Source of the DNA: the human T2T-CHM13v2.0 reference genome, Homo sapiens
Strand: one strand, 5' to 3'
Assembly (NCBI RefSeq): GCF_009914755.1
Contig: NC_060943.1
Length of the DNA stretch: 64,000 nucleotides
The position numbers and the translations under genes were made by a program. The notes under the pieces were generated by a model, which saw only the letters and a list, made by a program, of their open reading frames with translations, was not told the origin of the DNA and searched no databases. Below are positions 1-19,993 of the stretch, piece by piece; position 1 is the first letter of the stretch; each line of letters begins with the position of its first letter.

Positions 1-751
1 CCTGCCTCAGCCTCCCAAGTAGCTGGGACTACAGGTATGCGCCACCACGCCTGGCTAATTTTTTGTATTTTTAGTAGAGATGGGGTTTTCACCATGTTGA
101 CCAGGCTGGTGTCGAACTCCTGACCTCGTGATCCACCCGCCTTGGCCTCCCAAGGTGCTGGGATTACAGGCGTGAGCCACCGAGCCTGGCCTGTAACAGT
201 TTTTGTTAATGCCCATTTAGATTGTTACTGCTGTTCCAGGAAATGTGTTTCTGTATATATCAGAATTAGCTACTTCTTTTATTTCTGTAGCAGACAGTCC
301 AAAAAGTGAGATTACTCATTCCAAATGTAGGCACATTTTCATTTGACTGGCTAGTTTGATGCTTCCTGGCAGTGTCAGAGATGGTCTGTTCCTAGCCAGC
401 AATGAATATTCCCATGCTATATAGTGTTGAATTTTTGTTTATCTGAGGGGCAAACTTTGGCAGGGGTCCGTTGGGATATGCTAACAATAAGATAACTAGT
501 AAATAGAAGCTTTTCTTAACCCAAATGGGTAGATCCGTCGTGATTATGTTGGAATTTCAGGAGTTCTAGAAATGAATGTGCAGATGGTTGCACAATATGA
601 ATACAATCAAAGATGGTTAAAATAGTAATACATTTATGTTATGTATGTTTTACCATAATTATAAACAAATGAAAAAATGAATGAATGAGTCACTCCTAAA
701 AATTAGTAAGAAAATAAAACCAAATAATGAAGTAGAAAAGATGAAACATAA

Positions 752-921
<170 letters not shown>

Positions 922-2252
922 TAAAGGTGACTGCCACCACACCCGGCTAATTTTTTGTGTGTTTGTTTTAGTAGAGATGTTGTTTCACTGTGTTGATTAG
1001 GCTGGTCACCATGTTGACCAGACCACTCCTGACCTCAAGTGATCTGCACACCTCAGCCTCCCAAAGTGCTGGGATTTACAGGTGTGAGCCACTGCGCCCA
1101 GCCTCTTTTTCTTTTTGAGACAGGGTCTTGCTCTGCCACCCGGGCTGGAATGCAGTGGTGCAATCACAGCTCACTGCAGCCTTGAACTCCTGGACTCAAG
1201 CAATCCTCCTGCCTCAGCCTCCCAAAGCCCCGGAGTTACAGGTGTTAGTCACTGTGCCTGGCCAAAAAGTGAATTTTTCATTTTAATTTCAATTACTTTA
1301 CAGTTAAATCTAATTAGCCCCATGTAGCTAGCGGCTACTGTATGGAACAGCACAGCTTTCATGAACCATCTGTTGAAACTGGATTGCAAGAACCTTTGTG
1401 TTGTCCCTTCACATAAAAAACTAAAACCTTAAATGACGACTCATGCCTTACAGGTGTAGTATGTATACAAAATGAGGCAGAACTCCTAGCAGGGTGCCCA
1501 TTTTCAAACAAAATGCTTTGCCCTGCTATCAGAGACTAGTAAGTAAGCAAATAAATAAATTCAGTAATAAAAACAACTATTAAAAATGGGAAAAAATTAA
1601 AGGCAAAACATTTACAAAAGCTCATGGATTAAAAATTGTATCATGAAAATTAAAAAGTTCTTTTTTTGTTTTCTTGAGACAGAGTCTCACTCTGTCACTC
1701 ACACTGCAGTGCAGTGGTGTGATCTCGGCTCATTGCTCCTCCTCCTCCTCCTGGATTCAATCAATTCCGTGCCTCAGTCATTCAAGTAGCTGGGATTACA
1801 GGCATGCAGCACCACACCAGGCTAATTTTTTTATTTTTAGTACAGAGGGGATTTCGCCACATTTGCCAGGCTGGTCTCAAGTGATCCACCCATCTCTGAT
1901 TAAATGCTCTCATCTAAAATCATATGGTTGTGGCATATCAGATCTTTTCACTTTAAACTTTTAAATTAACTAACCAGCTACGAATACTTGTCTGAACTGA
2001 GTTGGATGAGGCAGCTCCAGTGGATCATGCATTTCTGTCCTAGACTGTCATGAGCTTTAAAAAGTTAAAACCAGGCCGGGTGTAGTGGCTCATGTCTGTA
2101 ATCCCAGCATTTTGGGAGGCCAAGGCGGGCAGATCACGAGGTCAGGAGATCAAGACCATCCTGGCCAATGTGGTGAAACCCCATCTCAACTAAAAATACA
2201 AAAAAAAAATTAGCTGGGTGTGGTGGCACATGCCTGTAATCCCAGCTACTCA

Positions 2253-2354
<102 letters not shown>

Positions 2355-4034
2355 CTAAAAAAAAAAAAAATATTGGCCCAGGAATCTCACATCTGAAAGA
2401 TTAAATATGAAAATGTCCATTTAAATAAAGATACATCAGAGCAGTCATTTTAAATAGAAGAAACACCTGGGCACAGTTGCTCATGCCTGTAATCCCAGCA
2501 GTTTGGGAAAGTGAGGCAGTGGGAGGACTGCCTGAGCCCAGGAGTTCCAGACCAGCCCGTGGCACACAGGGAGAACCCATCTCTACAAAAAAAATTAGAA
2601 ATTGACTGGGTGTGGTGGTGTGTGCTTGTAGTCTGAGCTACTCAGGAGGCAGAGGTGGGAGGATCACTTGAGTCCTGGAGGTCAAGGCTGCAGTGAGCTG
2701 TGATTGTGCCACCGTACTCCAGCATGGGCAACAGAGAGACCCTGTCACAAAAACAAAAAAAGAAGAAGCAACACTGAAAAGCTACCTATACATTTAATAT
2801 TATTGAACTCATGATATCCAGGACTTGCTTTAGTTAAGGGAAGGTGCAGAGGTCAACAGGCATAGATCAAGTAAGATTGGAAACATGGAAACTCATTGAT
2901 AACTACTGCAGCTAGGAAATGGATTTGGGGGATGTCCATTACACCATCCTTTCTACTTTTGTGTATGTTCAAAGACCTCCGTAATCAAGTTAATAATTAA
3001 AAAAAAATTTTTTTGTAATGTTCTATGGATAAAGGGAAATAGTCATCTATATCCTACAATTAAAACGCTTTTTAAAATGGATAGTTTGCATTACTTAAAA
3101 GCACATTTTGAAAAACAAAATGCCTTATCTTTTCTACTTCAAAAGAAAAATCCCTCAGTCTATGCTACTTACAGCCCAATTTTTGTCCATGTTAACATTG
3201 TCACCAACTTATTGAAAATGGATCACTCCTTTTCCTTGACACTTAAGTCTTCTATATTTAACTTATTGTCCTCTTTTATACACAATCATTTCAGTGTACC
3301 TTTTCCTCCTAAAAGCAGGCATATCCTATTCCTTCACATTTATATCTACAGTTCTTTCTTCTAAGCACCATATTAGAAATCTCCTGGTTGAGTCTACTTT
3401 TTAGAAAGTGATTTATACAATGATTTAGACCCTTTATTAGGCTGGGTGTGGTGGCTCACGCCGGTAATCCTAGCACTTTGGGAGGCCGAGGTGGGCAGAT
3501 TGCCTCAGCTCAGGAGTTCAAGACCAGCCTAGGCTATGTGGCAAAACCCTGTCTCTACTAAAAATACAAAAAATTAGCCAGGTGTGGTGGCGCGTGCCTG
3601 TAATCTTAGCTACTCCGGAGGCTGTGGCACGAGAATTGCTTGAATTCAGGATGCAGGGGATGCAGTGAGCCGAGATCACTCCACTGCACTCCAGCCTGGG
3701 CAACACAAAGAGATATTGTCTCAAAATAAATAAATAAATAAACCCTTTATTAGACTGTAATTCTGATAGCTTATATCTTCCATAACTGTCACCCACCAAG
3801 AAAAGAAGGCTTTATGATTTTTTTTTTAAGTCAATAAATTTTGACTAAAAGTGAATGAGGTCAGACGTGGTGGCTCACACCTGTAATCCTGGCACTTTGG
3901 GAGACCGAGGCAGGTGGATCACCTGAGGTCAGGAGTTCAGGACCAGCCTGGCCAACATGGTGAAACCCTGTCTCTACTGAAAATACAAAAAGTAGCCAGT
4001 TGTGGTGGTACATGCCTGTAGTCCCAGCTACTCA

Positions 4035-4187
<153 letters not shown>

Positions 4188-4913
4188 TCAAAGGAAAACT
4201 AGACAAGACAACACACAAAAAAAGTTAAGGATCAGTATGAAAAATAAATATATTTTGAAAAAAAAATTTTTTAAAGCAAGAACACAGGTTTAAATTTCAA
4301 AGGGAAAGAAGTAGCTTGAAGACAGAGGAAACAGGATGGCTCCCGAAGAAGGGAACTTTATTCTTTGAAATGGGAAGAAATTATGACAAGAGGGTAGCAC
4401 AGACTGAAGAGGTGGAAGTAAAAGGGGATTCTTGGCCAGGCGCAGTGGCTCACACCTGTAATCCCAGCACTTTCAGAGGCCGAGGCAGGTGGATCACTTG
4501 AGGTCAGGAGTTCGAGGCCAGCCTAGCCCACATGGTAAAACCCCGTCTCTACTGAAAATACAAAAATTAGCTGGGCATGGTGGTGGATGCCTATAATGCC
4601 AGTTCCTTCAAAGGCTGAGGCAGGAGAGTCGCTTCAACCTGGGGACGGAGGTTGCAATGAGCCGAGATCATGCCACTGCACTCCAGCCTGGGCGACAGAG
4701 CGAGACTCCATCTCAAAATAAATAAATAAATAAATAATAAAATTTTAAAAAGTGTGTGTGGGGGTGTATCGTGACTTCTCTTCATGTGTCTTAGGCCACC
4801 ACCCTTACATGGGACCTTGAAGAAGAGACTCCTCAACCAATACCTGTACGGTGCTGCCTCCCTGACAGGCTGGCTTCTAAACAGCAGTGTCTTCCCCATG
4901 TGCTCAGTCCTTA

Positions 4914-5375
<462 letters not shown>

Positions 5376-5540
5376 TCAAAGTTAGTCCCTTAGTCCTCAT
5401 GAAGGACTAGAGGAAGGTGTAGAGTTCTGAAGCATGGAGAAGATGGAGTGACCCCAAAGAGCTGCCCATCTATTAATCTACAAAACACAAAACAATTCCC
5501 TAGGCAACAGGTGAAAAGTCACCCAGACAATTGAAAGCTA

Positions 5541-5741
<201 letters not shown>

Positions 5742-5871
5742 TTAAAGGAAAGGTTTTTAAGATGAAGGAAGAGATGGAAGGGTGCTGAAGGATGGAGAGA
5801 ATACAGTGAGCAGACCAGCTAGGATGAGAGTGGGGAAGAGTAAAAAAATTAGTGTAACTTCAACAAAGTAC

Positions 5872-5883
5872 CTCCATGTTCAT
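5872..5883 (-). CDS. ZNF850: ZNF850 initiator coding segment MNME, in an 81-bp exon at 5872-5952
   Basis: ATG AAC ATG GAG|gtactt with a phase-0 donor that joins the KRAB-A exon in frame. Acceptor ttattcattcccag| lies at 5953-5955. Confidence 0.85.
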
Positions 5884-6062
5884 GAATATTCCTGTTGCAG
5901 CCAGCAAACCTCCTTCATAGAATGGGACATTCCGAATATTCCATGGTTAGAGCTGGGAATGAATAAAACACATTGATATATTATTTCCCAAATAAATGAA
6001 CTAGAGTACAAAAGCACACAGCAAGCTGTAGGCCTAGCAAAGCTGAAAGAATATTACAGTAA

Positions 6063-6269
<207 letters not shown>

Positions 6270-6660
6270 TGATCCTCTCACCTCAGCCTTTGTGTTAGCT
6301 GTGACTATAGGCGTGCACCACCATGTCCAGCTAATTTTTTGTATTTTTAGTAGAAACGAGGTTTTGCCATTTGGTCAGGCTGCTCTCAAACTCCTGGGCT
6401 CAAGCAATCTACCTGCTTTGGCCTCCCAAAGTGCTGGGATTACAGGCATGAGCCACCACACCCAGCCTTTCCTCATTTCTTAAAGGAAGACAGGATCTTT
6501 CAAAAATATCTACAAAAAGTTTAAAAACCTCTATTGGCTGGGCGCGGTGGCTCACACCTATAATCCCAACATTTTGGGAGGCCAAGGCGGATGGATCACC
6601 TGAGGTCGGGAGTTTGAGACCAGCCTGACCAACATGGAGAGACCATTTTAGTCTCTACTA

Positions 6661-6819
<159 letters not shown>

Positions 6820-7004
6820 TCAAAACAAACACAACAACAACAAAAAAAAACCTCTAATGCACTTCACTAATTAGTACTTCCATAAAATAGTATAGATAGC
6901 ACTTCGATAATTAAATGTACATTGGCTGGGTGTGGTAACCCACACCTGTAATCACAGCACTTTGGGAGGCCAAGGCAGATGAATTGCTTGAGCTCAGGAG
7001 TTCA

Positions 7005-7707
<703 letters not shown>

Positions 7708-8819
7708 CTACTGTAAAGACCCACAAGCCCCTCCCCTAGAGCCCCATTAGGGTGAGGCTAGAGTTTATTATAGCCATTCTCCTGAGAGACCTCAAGACCC
7801 AATTAGAAGAAAACTACAACATTTGTTACATAGAAGGCATTTTCCAAAGAGTAATTCAAAGATAGTCTTCCTTTGGATATAAAACAAAATCTCAAGATAC
7901 GCCAAAACTGTTTTGTTTTTACTGAATAATTTTTGTGCATGTGTGTTGTTGCTTTAGCTGCAAGTGGCTAACAAGCTGTGATTTTCTTTTCTTTCCTTTC
8001 CCTTTTTTTTTTTTTTTTTTTTTGAAGCAGTCTCGCTCTGTCGCCCAGGCTGAAGTGCCTGATCTCAGCTCACTGCAACCTCAGCCTCCTTTAGCTGGGA
8101 TTACAGGCGCCTGCCACCATGCCGAACTAATTTTTGTATTTTTAGTAGAGACGGGGTTTCACTGTGTTGCTGAGGCTGGTCTCGAACTCCTGGCCTCAAG
8201 TGATCCACCCACCTTGGCTCCCAAAGTACTGGGATTACAGGCGTGAGCCACCATGCCCGGGCAACTCTGATTTTCTAACTTGCCCCCTGTATTAGGGTCA
8301 TACTAGGAAAAAAACAAGTCAGAACCATTGGAGCCACGTGTACAGATGTGCAGTAGCCCTGCTAGCAACATTGCTGCTTGCTTTGGCTCTTAGGAGAGAT
8401 GAGTTCAGCACATGTCTGCCCTTGCTCTAGCTGTCTCTGATTCCCAACAGATGCACAATCATTTCACTCCATTAGTTTCACTTTGGATATCCCATCATTA
8501 GATTAAAACCAGCAGGCCAAAAAGCTAACTTGAAGAAATGCTTTCACATCCACAGCATTCTCATAGGGTCAGTATCATTTAGACATGACAGGACCGTGGT
8601 TGCAGGGGACAGAATGAAGTGTCATCCTTAACTGGCCATCCAATGTCATCAGCATGAACAGGAGGACTTTATATGATATTATCTGATGTTTTCTGAATAT
8701 TACCTTACAAATGCTGCTTTATTTATAACTAAAGAATAGGGACCCTGTCTTTTAAAGCTTTATATTTCCTCAAGTAAATGTTTTTCGTATTAAATCCATT
8801 AATAATATCTAGTGGCTGA

Positions 8820-9212
<393 letters not shown>

Positions 9213-10039
9213 TAGCGTGCAGTGAGGTGATCACAGCTCACTGCAACCTCTGCCTCCTGGGTTCAAGTGACTCTTGTGCCTCAGCCATCAAAGTAGCTAG
9301 GAATACAGGCACACACCACCACACCTGGCTATTTTTTTTGGTATTTTTGGTAGAGACCGGGTTTCACCATGTTGGCCAGGCTGGTCTCAAACTCCTGGCC
9401 TCAAGCAATCCACCCAACTCGGCCTCCCAAAGTGCTGGGATTACAGGCATGAGCCACTGAGCCAGGCCAGAGAATTTTAAAAGTATGAAGTTGTATGCAG
9501 AAGAATGTTCCTTGAAGACAAAACCAAAAAATCTGAAACAAATGTCTTGTTGGTAGATATATAATACAATACTTTTTAATGGGAAAGATATGCAATATTG
9601 AGGGAGACAGGGAAAAGAGAAAGCAGAAAAAAGAAGAGAGAAAAAGAAAATTACTATTAGGACTTAAAGCTATTTCTCCCCAGTCTGTTTTCCATACACA
9701 GAACAATACAGATGTGACCGCAGTACACATATAATTTTGTATTCTCCTTTACACTTTGATTTTTTCTTATCAAAAACACTTTATACATGGCATTTAAATG
9801 GCTTATAACTTTCCTAAATGGCTACTACACTGTGTACTTAACCATTCTGTTTCCTTCTACTTATGATTTTTGCTGCAAACCTTTCCCCTCCAATCTGTCC
9901 ACATTTAAATTCCTTTAAGGAAGGGGGCTGTATAGAAATTTTAATTTATGTGCATTTTACTGAAGCCTACCTTTTTCTTTATGGTTTCTTTTCTTATTTC
10001 TAAACGCTAATCTATTTGAATGTGGTCAACCATTCCTTA

Positions 10040-10350
<311 letters not shown>

Positions 10351-10353
10351 TTA

Positions 10354-10832
<479 letters not shown>

Positions 10833-10890
10833 TCAAAAAAAAAAGAATACAAAAAATTAGCAGGCTGAGGTGGCGCATGCCTGTAATCTA

Positions 10891-11004
<114 letters not shown>

Positions 11005-11912
11005 TCAAAAAGAAAAAAGAAAATAAAAAAGAACTTTTATTTGGGGGAAAAAAAAAAGAACTCCAAAAAAACAAAAATGGAGTGAAAGGGATTTAAGGAA
11101 ATTGAAAGTCAACAGGCTAATAATGCCAATAAATAATGATGGAGCAAAGAAATCCATGTTGGCCAAATAACACCAACGTGTTTTTAAATAGTTTTTCAAA
11201 ATTTAGACAGTTTTCCAGTACACTGAGACACTTCTGCTATCAAGACTATAATAGTGGCTGAGCACAGTGGCTTACGCCTATAATCCCAGCACTTTGGGAT
11301 GCCAAGGCAGGAGGATGGCTTGAGCCCAGAAGTTCAAGTCAAGCCTGGGAAATATAGGGAGACCCCCGTCTCTGCAAAAATAAAATAAAATAAAATAATA
11401 AGCCAGGCATGGTGGTGTACATCTGTGAACTGTGACCACCCCACTGCACTCTAGCCTGGGTGACAGAGCAAGACCCTGTCTCAAAAAAAAAAAAAACTAT
11501 AATATAGAGTAAATGACATTCAGGTAAGTGGAATATTAGGTGTTCAATAAACGTAGGTTATTCCCTCCCTATCTCCATAAAATCATCAATTTTTTTAAAA
11601 GAGAAGTTTTGATTAGAATCTTTAAAAATATCAATACTTCTCTTTCCAAAAAAGGAGGGAAGATTTAAATATAACAATTTCTCAAGTATTTCTATTTATT
11701 TTCATTGTTGCTTAATATTACTCATAATAATGAAAATGCAATTGCTCTCTTTCAAACATAGTTTTAATTAGTTGTACAAAATGCCACCTTATAGTCTGAT
11801 GTACTTCAAATTTCCCTATCTATGAAAGCTAAATTTGGATATTTTCATCTCAAGTATATTGTAATCTCTGTCTTTAAATCTATCTAGGGTTCTACCTTTT
11901 CTGTCATCCTTA

Positions 11913-12428
<516 letters not shown>

Positions 12429-12950
12429 TCAGGAGGCTGAGACAGGAAGACTCACTTGAACCCGGCAGGCGGAGGCTGCAGTGAGCTGAGATTGTGCCAC
12501 TGCAGTCCAGCCTGGGCAAGGCAGAGTAAGACTGTCTCAAAAAAAAAAAAAAAAAAAAGAAAGAAAGAAAGAAAGAAAGAAAGAAAAAGAAAATCAGTGA
12601 TAGGTGAGGCAGCTCAGGCCTGTAATCCTAGCACTTTGGAGGCAGAGGTAGGAGGATCACTTGAACTCAGGAGTTCAAGACCAGCCTAGGCAACCTAGTG
12701 AGTCTTTCCTAGTGAAAATTATTTGTAATTATGCCAGAGTGCTGGTGTGTGCCTCTGGTTTCAGCTTACTTGGTAGGCTGAGGTAGGAGGATCACTTGAG
12801 CACAGGAAATCAAGGCTGCAATGAGCCGAGATCGTGCCACTGCACTCCAGCCTGGGAGACAGAGTGAGACCCTACCTCAAAAATAAAAATAAATAAATAA
12901 ATAAAAATTCAGCGATGGAGTTGATGGATTCGAGGTTGAGAACCCCCAAT

Positions 12951-14108
<1,158 letters not shown>

Positions 14109-14630
14109 GAACCGTATGAGTATTTAATTCAATACAGACATGGAAACTGGCCCAAGCATTTACTCACAGATGACTGGGCAAATCCCTGGTGTTATTGGTA
14201 CAAACTATTGATCGAGCCCCCAATCTCATTCCTACCCCTAAAATATAGCAAAGTGAAAGATCTTATCACTTATTTGGACTGAGATTAACACCATCCCATA
14301 AACTGCATGGCTTTCAATCCCAGGGCTATGGCGTGTGATGCCACATAGAATATGCACTAATCTCTGCAGCAATTGAGTTGTTAGGGTAAAGGCTCTTGTT
14401 TTTGCCTTCTTTCTCTCACGGCCAAGAAAATTAAGGAACAGGGACACAAAGGATGAGGTCGGAGCGGAAGTTTAATAAGCAAAAGAAGAAAGCTCTCCCC
14501 AGCGGAGGGACCCAAAAGAGGGTTGCCAACTAGGAGGCTGAATCTGGGGGGTTTTATTAACTGGGAAGGGGAGGAACGTGGGCTGTCTTGAAGAAAGCAC
14601 TACCCAGCTTGGCCCTGGGACCTTAGCCCG

Positions 14631-14930
14631 GGACCAATCCCAGGCTGAAGTGAAAGTTTGGCCCAGGACCAATCAGGGGCTGAAGTGAAAGTTTGGCCCG
14701 GGACCAATCAGGGGCTGAAGTGAAAGTTTGGCCCGGGACCAATCAGGAGCTGAAGTGAAAGTTTGGCCCGGGACCAATCAGGGGCTGAAGTGAAAGTTTG
14801 GCCCGGGACCAATCAGGAGCTGAAGTGAAAGTTTGGGCCGGGACCAATCAGGAGCTGAAGTGAAAGTTTGGCCCGGGACCAATCAGGGGCTGAAGTGAAA
14901 GCTTGGCCCGGGACCAATGAGGGGGTGAAG
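14631..14930. repeat. 35-bp minisatellite, 8 full units plus 1 partial, one CCAAT box per unit
   Basis: Unit GGACCAATCAGG(G/A)GCTGAAGTGAAAGTTTGGCCCG starts at 14631, 14666, 14701, 14736, 14771, 14806, 14841, 14876 and 14911. Confidence 0.97.
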
Positions 14931-14998
14931 TTATGATTCAAAGAGGCCGCGCTCACAGTCTAAAGCATGTCCAAAAAAGGAAAGTGGCCGCCGGAACC

Positions 14999-15326
14999 TG
15001 TTAGTCCAAGCTGCACCGTTTCGTAAGCCCCCACCATTTCACAGACCCTGGTCAGAGGGAAACATTCCACCCGGGTTTGGGCTGTGCGAAACATCCTTCC
15101 CAACCGCCTGACTTCCTTATCACATCCTGCTGGGCAAAAGCCCAAGAAACATCCTTATCAACTTTCTCCCAGGCAACAAGCCATACCGCCCAGACCCCTC
15201 CTGCCCAGGCCTGTAATTACCCCAGCCTGGAAGCGGCAGTGGGCTCTGGCATTTAGTTGGTCCCCGCCATAGAGCCGCCAACTCTCTCTCTTTCTTTAAC
15301 CCTCGCCTTCCCTTCAAAATCTAACA
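14999..15326 (+). mobile_element. Nested solo LTR (MER48/LTR21-like), internally deleted
   Basis: TGTTAG...CTAACA inverted termini with a 5-bp near-TSD GAACC/GAGCC. The host LTR resumes after 15331. Confidence 0.65.
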
Positions 15327-15579
15327 GAGCCCACCGTGTACATGCCCACAAAAGAAGCGACTATTTCGTGGAAGCCCGCTGGTCACACAAAGGACAAAGG
15401 CGTTTCTATGTTGGGCCTCGGTCCCTTATCAGTGCAGCTGAGGAATGTCTTCAGGACAACCCCCCTGTGGAGTTTTCCTTATGTATGCCTGCAGCCTGAT
15501 TTTTCAGGCTGTTTCTCTGTTTAAAGGACTTTTACCAAGGTCCCACCCTAACTGCCTAAAGAGTTTTTTCTCTCAAGGG

Positions 15580-15990
15580 GACACACAAAGTCCCAATCGC
15601 ACACATGCCTCCGCATATCCACTTACCCACTGCCTCACAGCCAATCACACTCTCCTCTCTCACATACACCAAGGGGCCACACAAGTTGCACTTGCACAGC
15701 CACAGACCTGCAACTCACGCACACAAGGTACTGCACAGACACGCAAAGTCACACACCCACCCCGGGACACGCAGTCCAACCACACAGTCACCGGTTCTTC
15801 ACATCCGCACGCACAACGAGGGTCGTCCAGGACACACACACCCACTCCGGGCGCGCACAGTCACAAGCGCCCACCTGATCACCCAGAGTCAGCACCACAC
15901 AGCCACAGTCACAGACCACGGAGACCCACGGCAGCCATCGCGATCACACACGCAAACTCCTCTCCTCAGCCCTCCACACACAAAAGGACC
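15580..15990. repeat. CA-rich (TG-rich on the ZNF850 sense strand) low-complexity intron-1 tract
   Basis: Dense CACAC/CACAG words. Explains the spurious His/Thr-rich ORFs at 15445-16357. Confidence 0.8.
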
Positions 15991-16007
15991 GGAGCCGGAT
16001 TCCTCAC

Positions 16008-16115
16008 CCTCAGCATTCTCTGGTTCCGCTCGGGGCCAGCCTAGCCAAGTTCCTCAGGACTCCAAGGCGCGGCGGCAGCTAAATCGGCACAGCAAACGGT
16101 CCCGCCACCTGGCTA
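16008..16115 (-). other. ZNF850: ZNF850 non-coding exon 1 (5' end approximate)
   Basis: CpG-rich segment ending in donor GG|gtgagg (16007-16002). It lies just downstream of the promoter motifs and is followed by a GT/TG-rich intron start typical of KRAB-ZNF genes. Confidence 0.7.
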
Positions 16116-16440
16116 AGAGGAAGCCAAAATCTCGCGAGACGTGGCGTCGGCCTGCGGGATCCTCTGGGAAATGTAGTCCAGAGCCCGACTGCGGGCTTCC
16201 CTATGCCTCTCATTTCCAAGCCTGGCTTGTTTCCTTTTACCGCTCCTCTCCAACGAGGGTCGCAGAGCCCTCATGCCGAGCGGCTCGCTATGGGGCCGGC
16301 TCGCCCGCTAGAGTGGTCAGGCCTGATTATCCCTGGCAGCTCTGTTATCTGGGGTAAGACACAGGAAAACGTGCTTCCGGTTCTCGGCGGAAGTAGCTCC
16401 GAACGGTAGAACCGATGGGAAATGTAGTCCAGGGCAGAAA
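16115..16440. promoter_or_regulatory. Bidirectional CpG-island promoter (ZNF850 and a divergent lncRNA)
   Basis: Perfect TCTCGCGAGA (CGCG/BANP element) at 16130-16139. Two ACTACAnnTCCCA ZNF143/THAP11-type motifs (TGGGAAATGTAGTCC at about 16165-16179 and 16416-16430). ETS cores CTTCCGG and CGGAAGT at 16374-16394. Confidence 0.88.
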
Positions 16441-16592
16441 AGCGGTCAACCCAGCCACGATGCGAGCCAAAGGATTCTTGGCTCCAAGCCTGGTCCTGGC
16501 TGTTAGTTTGGAACTCATGCACCCAGATGCTAACTCGCCCTCAGAATGCAGAGGGGATGAAACACTGACCGGACAATTCAATCTGTATATGG
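16430..16592 (+). ncRNA. Probable first exon of a lncRNA diverging from the ZNF850 promoter (start approximate)
   Basis: Strong donor GG|GTGAGT at 16593, downstream of the second ZNF143/ETS cluster and followed by TG-rich sequence. No credible protein ORF. Confidence 0.55.
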
Positions 16593-17067
16593 GTGAGTCC
16601 AGGGCTCAGTCTGCATTGCGCGGAAAATGAAGGTGAAGGTGGAGGTGGGACCTGATGGTCTCGTCCCGGATAGGGTTGAAGAAGTGGGAGAAAAGGAATC
16701 AAAATCGTGGATGGGATAAGATTGTGCGCGAATGCTCTCTGGGAGCGGATCGTGGCCGACGAGGGCCCGAAGATGCTGCCTTGTGATCGCAGGTGTGAGT
16801 GGAAGCTGTGTGAGTGTCAATGTGAGTTGCCTGTTTGGGAGACCAGCATTGTATTTTTGTATCAGGTAGTAACCTTGGAGCCAGGTATTTGTAAAATTAT
16901 GATAAGAGGGCATCATTCTGGAGCATCGATTTTATTTGGAGGTTGACAGGAGAGGGAAAAAAACCCCTAATATCTGATAAACAACATAAATAGATTTTTA
17001 TGTTAAAGTAGTTATATTTATTACGGTCTAGAATGCAAATCCAACATGGCTTTTAAAGCAAGAAAGA

Positions 17068-19433
<2,366 letters not shown>

Positions 19434-19563
19434 AGCAAGAAAGAAGATTTCAAAGTAATTTATTGTTATGAGATCCGTGCTTTTATCTTGTCTCAGACTC
19501 CCAATGATAGGCACATACTCTCCTCTGTACATTTAATGAAACTACTAAAATATTTCGATTTAA

Positions 19564-19993
<430 letters not shown>

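Larger units (their letters stand above)
14379..15575 (-). mobile_element. ERV1 solo LTR (MER61-like), carrying a tandem array and a nested LTR
   Basis: Minus strand runs TGAGAGAAAAAACTCTTTAGGCAGTTAGGGTGGG...CCCTAACA, with TG..CA termini. Body resembles recalled MER61. Confidence 0.65.

Noticed and set aside
14631-14930. CRISPR-like 35-bp repeats
   Set aside because: Units are contiguous with no unique spacers, there are no cas genes, and the context is a primate LTR.
15442-15463. p53 response element expected in MER61-type LTRs
   Set aside because: The corresponding sequence (ggaatgtcttcaggacaacccc) lacks intact CWWG cores in both half-sites.
15445-16357. 199-aa and 250-aa plus-strand ORFs
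   Set aside because: They arise from a CA-rich low-complexity tract and a CpG island that lack stop codons. They are antisense to ZNF850 exon 1/intron 1 and show no recognisable domain.
16931-16936. Minus-strand AATAAA as the 3' end of the retrocopy
   Set aside because: No A tail or TSD follows it. The A8 plus direct repeat at 17057-17075 defines the end better.
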